Position numbers and translations under genes: made by a program
Shown here: positions 41,025-55,000 of the stretch, piece by piece
Layout of the letters: each line of letters opens with the position of its first letter
Position numbering within the stretch: position 1 is the first letter of the stretch
Source: Nymphaea colorata
Lineage: Eukaryota
NCBI RefSeq assembly: GCF_008831285.2
Contig: NC_045138.2
Coordinates: forward strand, 42,966,001 to 43,030,000
DNA: 64,000 nucleotides
Reading direction: 5' to 3'
Notes under the pieces: model-generated
Told to the model about the DNA's origin: nothing
The model's input: only the letters and a program-made list of their open reading frames with translations
Databases searched by the model: none

Positions 41025-43084
41025 TTAGAGTCTATTACGGTTCCTTACTCTCATGTTGACAATGATGTCTCCCATTTCTATGATCTACCTCTTCTATATT
41101 TCCATCATCACACTACCTCTCATGGTTCTCCTGCCGGCTCCTTTTCAAGAGATAAGTATACATGTTAACCTTGAGACTCTTGAGGATGTTCCTTCTATAG
41201 TTGATCATGATTTACTTATTGCACTGAGCAAAGAACAACAATTGTATATTCTTTATCTAATCTCTAAGTTTGTTACTACTAATAGACTTGCAAACATAAG
41301 TAGCAGTTTGTTACATCCTTGTCAGTTTCGTTCATTCTTGTTGTCCACCAGTGCCTCTTCTTGACTTCTTTGAGACCTTCTCTCATGTTGCTCGATTGGG
41401 AATTATTCATTTTGTTATCTTTGTGGCTGCTTATTATGGGTGGAATTTATATCAGCTTGACGTTAAAAGTGTTTTTCTCTATGGGAACCTTTATGAGATA
41501 GTATGCAGCAATCTCCAAGTTTTGAGTGACAAGGGGGAGTGTACCAAGGTGTGCTTATTGAAAACGCTATTTATGGTCTTGAACAAAGCCTATGGTCTTG
41601 GTTTCATAAGCTCTTAGAGGTGATGACTAGCTTCTGTTTTCAGTGATCTCACTCATATTACTCTTTGTTCTCTAATAAGAGTGAAAGAGGCATGGTAGCT
41701 CTAGTTGTGCATGTGTATAAAATCATTTTAACATGTGATAATGAACAAGAGATTACAAAAACCAAGAAGCATCTACAAAAGCACTTTAATATTAAAGATC
41801 TTGGTTCTCTTAGATACTTATTCAGAATGGAAGTGTCGAGGAACAAATAATGAGTTGTTCATTCTCAAAGAAATTATGTACTTGATTTATTGCAAGAAAT
41901 TGACATGCTTGGAGCAAAACCTTTGAGCATTCCAATGAACCAGGGTCTGTAGATAGTACATCTTATAGGTCGTTGATTGGGAAGCTCCTATATGTGACTG
42001 TTACTAGACCGGATATATCCTTGGTCGTTGAGAAGCGTAAACAGTTTATGGACAAGCCTAGGAAAATTCATTGGGAAGCAATCATGATGGTGTTGAGTTT
42101 TCTAAAGTTATCTCTAGGGAATCTTCTCTTTTTTCAAAAGGGATATTCTCTAAATATAAAAAGCATACTCCAATGCTGATTTTGCTTGTTTTATTTAGGA
42201 AATCTACTACAAGATTCTATGTGTTTGTTAGTAGCAATCTTATACCATGGAGGAGTAAGAAGCAAATGATAGTGGACAGATCTAGTGCAGAGTCATAATA
42301 TCGAGTTATGGCTCAAACTACTACAAAAATGACATGGATAAGATCTATGCTGGATGGTCTTGGGATTCAAGTAAATTTTCCAATGGAGATGATGTTGATA
42401 ATAAGGTGGCTACACATTGCTAATAATCATGTTTTTCATAAAATGATGAAGCATATTGAAGTCAACGACCATTACAATTCATGATCTTGTGCAACCAGGA
42501 GACATGTCAACCATTTGTGTTACTTTAGAAGACCAAGTTGCAAATATGTTGGCCAAATCTCTTAGATTTGAAGATTTTACTAGATGTTTTATTAATTTAA
42601 ACATGATAGATATCTATACTCCAGCTTGAGGGAGAGTGTTGGAAAGTAAATCTGTGGTTATTAGCATTTTCTAGAAGATAGTGATGTTCTTATTCCTTTT
42701 TATTATTTTTAAGTTCAAGCCTTCTTTAATAATTTCTTTTTAGACTTGGATTAGTTTTGTAATATTTGTAGCTGCTATCCTAATATCTTTTAATGTGAAA
42801 TTAGTGTTAATTGAAGGCAATTTTTCTCTCTCCAAATCTTTGGTTGCAGCACACCCAATGTAGCTGTGGTCAAGCATAATTATCCATTGCATCAAGGCCT
42901 TCAAGGAATTGGATGAGTTGTACATGTATTGTTACTTTGGAAATGTCATTAAAAACAACGGCTGAAAAATAATAAAATGGAGGGCATCCTTATGGCTAAT
43001 CCCCCTGCAGTTCTTATGGAGATTTATAGTAGAAATACTTTTCTTAGTAACAAAACATCAATGCAGCCAGCAGTGTCAATAAAG

Positions 43085-43335
43085 CATGCTAGAGAAAACA
43101 TTGTTGATTTCCTATAAATTGGTAACTTCAATAACAAAAAATCGCACTTCCTATGCTAGAGAATACATCCTTCCACTTGGCCACACAAAAAATTGTACTT
43201 CCTATAAATTGGTAACTTCAATAACAAAAAATTGTACTTCCTATGCTAGAGAATACATCCTTCCACTTGCACCCACAAAGCATGCTAGAGAAAACATTGT
43301 TGATTTGCTATAAATTGGTAACTTCAATAACAAAA
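43085..43335 (+). repeat. Short local duplications
   Basis: CTATAAATTGGTAACTTCAATAACAAAAA occurs three times and ATGCTAGAGAA four times. Confidence 0.8.
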
Positions 43336-43659
43336 ATAAACGTGTGTAATGCAATGATAAATTTTTTTTGTACTCAACAATGACAAGAAATACAGTGTGT
43401 AAACATGTTAGGGACAATTGACAATAGAACAAACAAGACCAAACGCCCAGAATGTTTAGAATATCTCACGCAACATTATCAACATTCTAGCAACCACAAG
43501 TAAGCACTACTATCAATAACAAAATTGCAAGCAACAAACAAATATGGCTAGCAATGCTTTTGATCACAACAAAAGAAAGTAGAACATCTCACAACAACTA
43601 AAACAAACAACATAGTATTAGAGACATACAACTACAATGAAATCATCCATTACTTGATA

Positions 43660-44700
43660 CCTCATTAGACTTCGTGTTATCCATGAGTCTTGCCACCATT
43701 TGTTGTCCTCTATGAACATCCTTGGCAACTCCATGGCTTTTCAGCTTTTGGTCTCTCAAATTCATCATCTTCTACCTTCAACTGTGTGCCCTTGTCTTTC
43801 TCATCTTACTCATGTTCCTTGTACTCATCTTTTTCATCATCAGGTATGCAACATGTTTCACCATTCTCTTCTTCTTTCATTCTTCTTCTCTTCCCCCACA
43901 CCTTAGATGCATTTGTTTAACTTTTTTTCCCTATGAAACTCAGGATCACTCTGCAGCTCTCTTTACCCATTCTATAGCTGAATGAAATCTTTTTTGTAGT
44001 AGAAATTTCTCCACAAAATGGCATTTGCCTTTTGTTGTTAGTGGCATTTCTTTTGGGGGTTGGAGATTGGTAACCGATTTTGATGGCAAGCACCTTTATA
44101 ATGCTTGACGAATGAAGCCAGGCCTCTGCTCCCCTAGTTGCATCTAAATATCAAGTGCATGTATAACATGCTTGGTGGCTGATGTCGCCTGAGCAAAGGC
44201 CTCTACTCTTTTGACAACATCTCAGCATCCATTAACTGTATGCATTGCTCAATGGATGGTAACTTTTTGGCTGTTGTTGACATCACAAACACCTTTGCTC
44301 CTCTGACTATATTTCAATCTCATCTAGTTAACTCCCGACAGGATGTTCATCCACCATCACAACATTTTTCTTGTGCGCTAGCATTAGTTTAATGGCCGAG
44401 GATGTGCAAGTAGATGCCAACAAGATTTGCTTCTCCTGATCATAAGGTGGTAGTGGACTACTTTTCGCTAGAGATAGCAAGCACCTCTGCTCTTCTATAT
44501 ACTTTTGAGTCCCATCACATGGTTTTTGGCAAGATATTGATCCATTATCACAACAGGCTCCTCTGAGTGGTTGAAGACTTGCCAACTACTAGTAGCATTT
44601 GTTTATACACTGCGGTGCCGAAAATATGCCTACCAAATTTGGGTCCGACTCAGTACTCAACATGTAGGTAAGTTCTTGGTGAAATGTCCGCAACTTTGAT
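43660..44700 (-). pseudogene. Possible degenerate retroelement RNase H-like coding remnant
   Basis: PLPPYDQEKQILLASTCTSSAIKLMLAH...DEHPVG and two EEQRCL motifs loosely resemble the Tat/Ogre RT-RNase H linker region. Confidence 0.3.
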
Positions 44701-45438
44701 TCTTCTATTCTTCAATGGTTTTAAATGATTCTCCATTTAGCAGACCAAAGATGCTTCATCTTCTCCTTGAGACTCCTTGTTGACGTTATTGCAAACAAGC
44801 AAATTTTACGTGAGTAGACAAATGAAAATCGTACTAAGTTATGATGAAAATGTCTTCCCAGCATTCATTAGAAACTTCCTATAAGTTTGCCAGAAACGCC
44901 CACTAGCCAAATACTCAGTCCGGCTTCTTTCCTTTACATTGTCCAAGTGCTGCTGGTCTGCTCGCTTTCTCAGACAACTGGACAAGGTTGGAGGCTCAAT
45001 CACCCTGTCAACTATAAAGCAAAACCTGAGCAGGGAGCAGAATCATCCTTGAGCGCTTTTGCGGAGAACTTCAAATCTCACGGTCAGGGTTCGAATTCTA
45101 GTCCATTGAGGGACCCACGAAATGACGACGTGTCTTTTATGAATGGCTTCCGGACTCGATTAAAATATGAGATAATCGATCCTGTACGGCCTGCTAGACG
45201 TGATTTTGGTTGCAGGGCGGGACCTGAAAAGTTGTGCGAGGAAAACGCATGAAGATTCTCCACTAGCGAAGGAGAGAGCCTTCCTGGGAAGTGCTTCAAG
45301 ATCTCCAAATTTGCAGATCCATATGCCGTTTACACGATGTCGTTCCTATACTGACCATCCCTCTCGTCTCTCGGGTGATCCAAATTGGCGCCCAAGAAGA
45401 ACGATTTGATCTCGTCTGTCTTGGCCTCGTAGTCGTCC

Positions 45439-48400
45439 ATGGATAGAATTGCAGTTCCGGGTTTGCTTCGGCGGTTCGACGACCACTATAGGTATCGGCG
45501 ACAGAGGAGAGTTGGACGTGCCAGTAAGGGTGGCCAATGCTCGGTCTGGATCACTTTGATGGTGGTTTTCTTTCTGCTGTATGCGTCTTTCGTGGGTCCG
45601 AAGTTTTGGTTCCGCAGTAAGTATTTTCTCTTTTAGCAATTAAAATTTGGCTCCGTCTGTGATTTCTTGTTTTTGTTCTTCGTTCTCTCCCTTTGGTATT
45701 TTGTGTTTTCGTTTCTTATTTGCATTTTCTCTTCGATTTATTTGTGACCCATGTGGTCGCCATTGAAAGAACTCAACATTTTGAGTTTTGACTTGCAGAT
45801 GCAGCGAATATGGTTGCATATGGTTGCTTTGTTGTGTTTCGTTCTTTATAAGATAGAGAATTTTATTTTTATTTATTTGCGATTGATTTTATATTTCCCT
45901 TGTCATGGTTGATTTATTGAAAACTTCAAAATTTTTAGTATTGAAGTAGGAGATTACTGATGGACAAATTTCATAGTTTGTGCATGTATCTACAAGTTTG
46001 TTTACGTGCTAGTGCATCATACATGAACGGATAGAGGAGCGGACTGTTGTATATCACAAAAATGAATAATCAATTGGAGGCTCCAAAATTTTAATGCGGA
46101 ATCTTCTGTTATGTTATTTCAGATATGATTCATTATTTAAACAAGCCATTTCCTGTTCTCATTGTTGAATTTATACAGTTTTGACTAGTTCAATTTTTCC
46201 TGCCATCTGTCTGTTTTATTTCTGCTCCCACCAGTTTGTGCTAGAGCCTCTGAAGCAAACAGTATTCTTACCTTCAATGCATAGGTCAATCAAGTACTGG
46301 TCCAACCAAGGATGACCTTTGGGTAATTTGATGTTCTACCCTCAGCTAAAGAGATTTGCTTTTTTTTTATTTTTTGTAGCTGAAGTAAAGTAAAATTTCT
46401 CTGATGTTGCATTTGTGATAGTTGAATTATGTCTTGGTCTAAAATGTGAAAAATATTTTCTTTTGTGGGATTAGCTGAAAAGAGCTGTTGAGTCCTTTTA
46501 CTTCAATTCAGGGGAGATGGACTATTCACTGTCAGGAAATATCCAAAAATCCATCACAGGTAATCTCTATCCTAGCAATTAATCTGCTTTCCATTAAAAC
46601 AGAAATATGTGATCATATTCTTGTTCGCTCATTGAAGACCGCTTAAAAGTGTCGACTCAAACGTCTACTTGCTTTCTTGGTCGAGGTTGAAAATATGTCT
46701 CTCTTACTATTCTTATGTGGATGTTGCTGTAGATACTGGTCAAGATTCAGATTCCATAGATACAGCTGCAAGGGGTGAGCTGCAGAAATCAGCAATGATC
46801 CTGGTCCAGAATGAAGGAGCTGCGAATGAACATAAAGACAATGCTAATATCATTGAACATGGATCTTACATTATGCAAAAGTTTCCAAGTTTTGGTTCTC
46901 AGGTTGAGCATGTTCCCGATAGAGTTTTGGAGGAACAAAATGACCTCAATAAGAGTCCTTTAGAAGAGAGCTTAAGGAATATGGTGAATCAAGCATCTGG
47001 ATTGAAAGTAAATATAAGTGAGAACACCTCTGGTGGTGGGAGTCTGGGGCATCCTAAAGTCAAACGCCATAGGAATAAATGTGGGTATTATATTTTCCCT
47101 CATTGACATATTTGCTGATTAATCTCTTCTTGTCTTTTTTTCTTTTCACTACCCTTGGCTAATATTCTTATTGTTTTTATGTCCTAATCTTTTCTCCTTT
47201 TTCTTTTTGATGCTAGAACGAGTACTTTAGCTTGTTTATGTATGATTTACATATTGCTAGCTCATGCCATTACCTGCTTCATGTGTGCTTAATTTTCAAA
47301 ATTACTCAGATCGACCATTTCTCTTAATATGTTTCTGCTATATATGTTAAAAACCTACCGGATAAGTAAAAGTACATGTGACACAATGTGACACATCGGC
47401 TGTTTGATCTTACTACATGAAAATGTGATTTGTTCGAGGCTTGCAAACTCAAAGCATAATCAAAAAATTCCTATGTGTTGATTTTTCTTGTTTGGATTTC
47501 TTTGTGATTGGTACCATGACTTAATTTCAGTACAAACTCCAAGTACACATTTCAATTTTTTGGACTGCATATGCTCCTAGCATGCATTTTCAATGTCTTT
47601 TTTGCTGCTTTATTGTTTTGGTTGAACTATTCACTCACAATTCTCATTTTTAAATGTATTGTTTTCAGATTTTCCATGTAACATTGGGTTTCTAGATTCA
47701 ACTGACAGTATAGTTGAACCCAGAGACTTCCAAAATTTCACTCATTTTTCTCTTGAGTATGTTGTGAAAGAGGAAAATCTGTATGGTAATGAACCTAAAT
47801 TTGGTGGCCACCAGAGCCTCGAGGAAAGAGAGAATACATTTTTTGCTAGAGATCAAACGCTTCACTGTGGATTCGTAAAAGGTCCTGAAGAATCACCAAG
47901 CACTGGGTTTGATATAGATGAGAAAGATAAGGAGTACATGAATTCCTGTCAGATTGTTGTATCGTCTTGCATTTTTGGAAACTTTGATTTCTTAAGGCAG
48001 CCAGCAAGCAAAAAGGTATACCATAACTACCTTTGGGACTGATCATTGGTTTGAAAATCATAACTGTTGTTGAAATATGTCTAGTTTTGGGCTGGGTTTC
48101 CTGTTCTTGGTAAGATCCAACTGTTTGCTGTAAAACCATGTGTTTTTAGTAACAAATGCAGTTCTTTAGAACAGGACTTGTGCTTCTGTTTGTTTCATAG
48201 CTTGAGGTATATTTAGTGCTTGGAGGTCTGGTTACCAGTGGTTACTTCCTTTCTTGTTTCTAATCTTATATTAGAATAAACTTCATGTATTTTTTGATGT
48301 CTTGAAGAAGTTTTTCTAGAAAATTTACTAGAAAAGCTTACCAGGTTTAAAATGGGGATGTCATTCAAAATAATTGCTGAAAAGTAAAACGTTGCCAGTG

Positions 48401-49026
48401 AATGGGCTTCAAAAGTGACACTGCAGAAGTGGTAAAAAATAAGCTTCACAAATTATTTGGCTGCCGCAATAATAAAACTTATTAGCTTCAGACTGAGATG
48501 TAACACTGAAAAAGCAGAGAAGGCAGACTTAAAATTTCAAAATATAAGTTTATTTTTGCACAATCAAAATTGGAACACATATGCCTGCCTTAACCAGAAA
48601 GGAGGAAAACCACAAAAAAGGGAGAAAAAAGGAAAGCACATACCCTTTCCCTTGTGTCCGTTGGGCTTGATCTGTATGCAGACTTTACCATACTGTTGGA
48701 GAAAAAGGGGTCATCAAACTACTATATGCAAAGCTGGGTTAATTTGTCAAGAAAACCAAATTGTGAACATGCTTTGGTGAAGAAGATACTATTAGTACTT
48801 GGATTCGGGTCTTCACTACAAGAATGGGCAAAGTAGCCACATGCACTTACTGACAATGCAGGAGAAATGTGAGTGTTTTAGATGGTTGCCGACGTTTAAA
48901 TTTGACATGAGAATAAAGAAAGCATTGTTAGGAATACTACAAGCTATGTCACATAGGTACCGGTATGGGTACGAACCATTTTCAAAAAACTTGGGTGCGG
49001 GGGTATGGCAGTACACACACATGCAC

Positions 49027-49060
<34 letters not shown>

Positions 49061-52000
49061 TATATGTGTGTGTGTGTGTCAAAAAATTTCAAACAGAATA
49101 ACACATTCACACATATATATATCAAAAAATTACAAATAGAATAACATATTTATAAATCATGATCCAAAATTTATCAGTCTTGATTCTCAAATACATCAAC
49201 TTTTTTGATTCTCATTCTCTTCAGTCGCATAATTAACATACAAAATACATCAACTTTCTTGAATCTCATTCTCCTCAGTCACATCATCAAGATTAGAAGG
49301 AGCAACAGGTTCTGTAAGGTCCATATTAAGAGCATGCAAATCATGTTCCCCTTCAAGGTCCACGTCAATGTCCTCTGGATTAACATCCCAATACTTGGAT
49401 GATCCTGAACTGCAAGTCGCCACAAAATCAAAATATGATTTAACTTTTAAGTTAATATTAACTTTAAACAACCAACATAATATACAAATGTAATTATGTA
49501 TACATACCAAAGATACAAAAAGAAAGAAATACCTGTAAGCATCTGAAGTACGTGAAAGCAAGCGTAGGTTGGACTGGACATAAACTAAATCTTTTGCTCG
49601 CTCATTGGTTAGCTTATTTCTCTTGATATTGTGAATTTGAGAATAAGTGCTCCAATTTCTTTCACAACATGAAGAGGTTGCAGGTTGAGATAATAATTTC
49701 AACGCAAGTTGCTGGAGATTTGTTGTCGCTGCTCCAAAACATAACCACCAATTAACAGGATCTTCTTCATCTCTTGCCATTGTAGCTTGTACTGAATCAC
49801 TTCTTCCACCAGAGAAGCTCGCAAACTCACTATTTATTATCTTCAACCGATGAGAATCAGAATATAGTCTTCCCAAACATATCTCCCTATTTTTTGATAT
49901 TTCTGGATTTCGATTAGGAGGAACATGACCAGTACCTCCTGCCAACCATGTTTGTCCATAATATTTGGGATTTAAGGAGTGTGCCACATAATGCAAAGGG
50001 TTATTGCTTCTATTCCATCTTCTTACTAAAATTTTATGCACATGATCGAAAAACTCAGAATCATCAAGTGCAACATTCTTCTTCTCCTGTCTAAGAATGA
50101 TGTTTTGAATTTTTTCAATCATGTTATCCCACATATCATAAACTCTATGAAGCATGGGTCCTTCTTTGTCAACTTCTCTCAACATCTGCCAAATAGGCTC
50201 TTTAAACTGTAGAAAATATGAAATCTTATCCCACCATTCATCTTCTAAAATACATTTTTTAATTTGTTGAGCCTTCACAATGTCATCACTCCAGTAAAAC
50301 TCCCAATCATTGTCAGTCACCATAAGTGTTAATGTATGTTTCACCTGTTTTATTCTTTTTATCATTACAATAATGGATGCAAAACGAGTCTCTGCTACCT
50401 TCAACAATTTCAAATCAGAATGCCTATTAAATATAGCAAGAGCATTGTTGTGGTTTACAACAAAATTTCTGATGTTTCTAACATCATGCTCAAGCTCCTC
50501 AATCCAAGAACATAATATACCAGCATTTGTATCATCATTTGATGGGTTGCAAATACTTTTAAGTGTTAGATTTATATTGTGTGCCACACAAGGAGTCCAG
50601 AATATGTGACTATACTTGGGATCACTTGCCAAATTCATCTCTGCTCGTTGGCAAACTGGAGCATTATAAGTAATAATTTGCACAACATTATCTTCACCCA
50701 CTTCTTTGATGACTTCTATAAATAACCCTTTTAAATATTCATCATCTTTATACTCCCCAGATGCATCAACACATTTCAAGAAGATTGGTCCATCAAGCGA
50801 ATAAGCAATAAAATTGATCAGTAGCCGTCTTTGTATATCAGTCCACCCGTCGGAAACAATGGATACTCCATATTGTTTCCATGAAAATTTCTTCTTTTCT
50901 AATAATTTTTCGATGTTTGCCTTCTCTTATGCAAGAATTCTCAACTTTTCTGAACTCGAGGGTACATAACCACTCAAACTGCAATTAGCCAAACCTGTAA
51001 CAACATCTTTCCAATAAGGACTTCTGGCTATATTAAAAGGAAGTGAACTTGCAAAAAAAAACCTTCCGATTCTTCTATCCATCTCTGCCCTTCCCATAGT
51101 TTTGAATACTTGTTCTAATTTTTTGGTATCCCTGCTTGCCATGTTCATTTTTCTTTTCTTTGAAGCATCTTCACCTTCCTCAATAGCATAAATAGGAACA
51201 GATAGTTCACTTGACTGGGCTGAAGATTTGTTCGTCTTAGCTGCATCGTGTTCTTTTTTTATCTGCTTCATCGATTCTTTGCTAACTTTTTGACATGGTC
51301 GAATTCCAAAACATGGGATATGCAATAAATGTGCCTTGCAACGTGTATAAGAGCCAGTGAACGTCTTATTACAAAAATTGCAAGAAAATATTATATTCCC
51401 ACCGCCACCTGGTGCTTTTCCAAGTTTTTTCACATACCGCCAAAGAGGCTGAGATGGATTATCCAAGCCTAATGCTGTGGTATTAACACTACTACTGCTG
51501 CTTGCCATATTTCCACTTCCACTCGTAGGCATCGTTTCTTTTCCCTTATCAGCCATTACAACTTATATGAAAAGCACCTAACAAGAGCTGCAAAGACGCA
51601 CACAAAAAAGAACACGATGACCATCAGTCACTAAACTTCCCCAAACTGTCAAGATTTTTACAGAATCAGTCACTAAACTTCCCCAAACAGTCACGATTTT
51701 TACAAAATAACTTTGGCAAAGACTTCCCCAAAATCGAACACGCTGTAAATAACGCAAAAAAAAAAAAAAAAATTTCTATTGAACATGCTGTAAATAACAC
51801 GCATAGAAGAACAAACGATGTGAAAAACTGATGCATATGAGAACAAATGATGAAAAACTGATGAGGCGCACAACACATGATCAACGATGAAAAAATTATG
51901 AAAAACGTAACTACGAGATCTAAGAAATGAAGAGGCGCACAACATATAATCAACGATGAGGAGGAGACAGAGTCATAACCATCGAGAGGGAAGGAACAAA

Positions 52001-55000
52001 GAGGAGGTAGGGAGGAGGACAGGAAATAGAAGAAATCGGCAAAATCGAAGCTAATACCGTCCACAGTCACTGCCGTTCGTCCACCGGTCGTCGCTGGTCA
52101 CCGCCGTTCGTCCACCCAAGTCGCCGGTCATCGAACGCCGTCGCCGGTCGCCGCCGTTCGTCCACCCAAGTCGCCGGTCGCCCCAAATGCAGCGTTTGTG
52201 AAATGGGTGTGAGGAAGAAAATCTCGAGGGTTTAGGGCTTCAATCAATCAATTTAACGTTAGATTAGTTTTAAAAGTTAAAAACTTAAAATCGTTAATTT
52301 CAAAATTGGACATCTTTGGACTTGGTCAAGGTTGACCTTGACCGAGTCCGAAAATGGACCAATTTGAACCCGGGTACGTTGACCGTACCCGGTACCGCAT
52401 TGACCGAATTAGTGCCGCACCGGTAGCCGTACTGGTACCGTGCGGGTACTCCTCCTTAGGAGGAGTACCCGTGTGACATAGACTACAAGTAAGAATATGA
52501 TTACAGTTTCATCAATCATGGAAAAAATGAAATGTGAATGCTAAGCTAGCAATGGTAGCTGGTATTTCTGAGATGGACCAAAATATTTATTTCCCTGTGC
52601 CCTTTTATTTCTCTCAGTATTGACCCACTTTATTTTGTCCTCCATTTCCATCCATAAGCTACAACCAAAGGCACTTGGACTGAAGGAATAAAACCAATGC
52701 CTAAAATATTTTTGAAGTAGAGCCTGTTAGAGAAAAGAGTATAATCCACTAAGCCACTCTTTCCTAGTCCACAGAACAAGGTTCTGACATGCCCCCAGCA
52801 ATAATAACAGGAAAATAATTGCAATTTTGGTCTATGATTGATTCAAGTATTAAATGGGTCACACACACCATTAGATCAGCTAGTGGCAAGCAGAGTTGAT
52901 TTATACAAAATTGAGGACCTCATTTTTGGTTTACCTGCAAGTGCAGCAAGGGTAACTCCTTCCTAAGGACATAACTTAGTATAAAAAGGTCTGGTTGTGT
53001 CACAAGGTGGGGTTCAGTATATCCAATTGTGACACAAGAAGCTCACGCTCCAAGTAATGCATCTCCATTATCAAGCTCAAGGGCAGGGTATGCCAAGCTG
53101 GAAAATTGGTTTCTTCAGGAGGGCCTCATTATGGGCATAAAACATGTACAGAATAGGGCAAAAACTCGAAAGTTGTCAATAGGTGGTTGGTTACTCATGA
53201 AGTGAACCCAAATAGCATGGGTGCTGACCTGAACCTTATCTCAGTAACATGTGACTACGTTTGGTCTATGATTTTTTATCAGCATCCTACCTAACCCTTT
53301 CTGTTTGCGATGCTTCTTATTTAGAAGCAACATTTCTTACCTTGTAGAAACTGGAAGGTCCTGATTGATGGAATTGAACCCATGTGGATGAGCTGTTTGG
53401 GACCAAACAGGCTGATATAAATTAGTGAATCCTCATGTGGTTAGTGGTTAGCACACTATAAAGTGTAAAGTCACTGCACTTTACATTTTTTCCTTTAAGA
53501 TGTTACAGGAGTCACAAATTGGATTTGATTTCTAGCTTAGTGACTGGAGTCTATTCTAGATTTTGTAATAGGGTCTGACCTTTCCTACATGCCAACATAC
53601 ACATATGCGCAAAAAGTGCATGGGGATCGACCTGCCTTAGAAGTTTCAAGGTGCTGGTTTGATGTGTTAGAGAATACTGAAAGAGAGTACTGAACATGAA
53701 CTGAGCTGGGGGGAGCCACGATTTTTTCTTAGAGGGACAAAATATGAGATTTCTTAAATTTTTGGGCTAATTATATTTTTTCAAAATTTTGACAAGGGGA
53801 AAATTCAAATTTTTGAAAAAATTACCATGTAAAATGTTATTTTTCAAAATTTTGGGGATGGCCACAGCCTCTGCCATCCCCCCTGTCTCTGCCCTGGGAG
53901 TGAGTAAATATCCAAACAAATGAAAATGATCACTAAATTGATGTAAATGTCTTGTGTTCCTGCAACTAATATTGCTGTATGCAGTTCTGCTTTCCGAAGC
54001 CTGCTTTCTTTGCCTTTATTGATTGCCCATTAAGTATTTTTGAAGAGCTTCTATGTTATTTGCGAGACAAGTAGAAATTATAACTTCACATCTTTACAAA
54101 TATTCCCTCAAGAACAAATTACACAATAACAATGTAAAAGAGAAACAATGAAAAATAAATAATACAAATACGATATACTTGGATTTAAGAAACTGTACCT
54201 GGTTCTTTTCACCCATGAACTCAGACCCAACCTATGGATTTGGTTCTCACCATTTTTCTATCCCTTGTACAATTATTTCTAGTAGGTTCGAGCTCAACGA
54301 TTTTCTCCCTTTCCCTTTTGTATATAAATAGGGTTTTTATAGACACTTTTCTTGAATGCTTCCTAATTCCTTTAACATCAATAAAATTGTTAGAAACATC
54401 TTTTCATTTGGAATATGCTTATTTTATCCTTAATTTTTGTTTATAATTCTGTTTGGCATACTTTTATGTTACATTCATGTAGAGAGTGTGGGTTCAAGTG
54501 GTTATCAATTATCATATTTATGTCTGTTGAGGAGGAGATTTGGAGAGAGAGAAAAGAAAATGAATTTGTTTGCCCTAATCCCACAATAAATAGGATTAGG
54601 GGGCACACAATTATAAAAACAGTCCAAGTTGGTGCCCGTCTAATTTGACAAACGATCCATACGACAAAGGATTAACAAAGGCTTTGTAATCTGCTATGAT
54701 ATCAGGTTTACTGTCTCCTCCAAAATCCTTGTCTTTCACCATAGAGCCCAAGCCAACAGGAAAGATCAGCCAAGCCAAGCCAACAGGAAAGATCAGCCAT
54801 CAATATAAGAGAGATATGTGCAATCCACAGCACCAGACAAGCAACCAAGTCAACCCACGTCCTGAGATCAGTTCTGAACTAGAAACCCAGCATGATCTGG
54901 TCTAAACCACCAACGGCAGATCACTAACCAAAACAACCACAGAATAATTAAAGTAGAGCTTCAAATCTAATTTCAAGACAGAAACTAGAAACCCAGCATG

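Larger units (their letters stand above)
25455..42851 (+). mobile_element. Ty1/Copia element A (decayed; host of nested insertions)
   Basis: 5' LTR 25455-25679 plus PBS TGGTATCAGAGC; PPT TTGAGGGAGAG plus 3' LTR 42637-42851; TSD CATCC/CACCC. gag, protease, integrase, RT and RNase H fragments occur in order at ~26970-28397, 38523-39094 and 41025-42630. Confidence 0.9.

Noticed and set aside
44887..45409. ORFs upstream of the DUF616 gene as extra coding exons
   Set aside because: An in-frame stop lies just before ATG 45439 and no convincing splice link was found; this is probably promoter/5' UTR.
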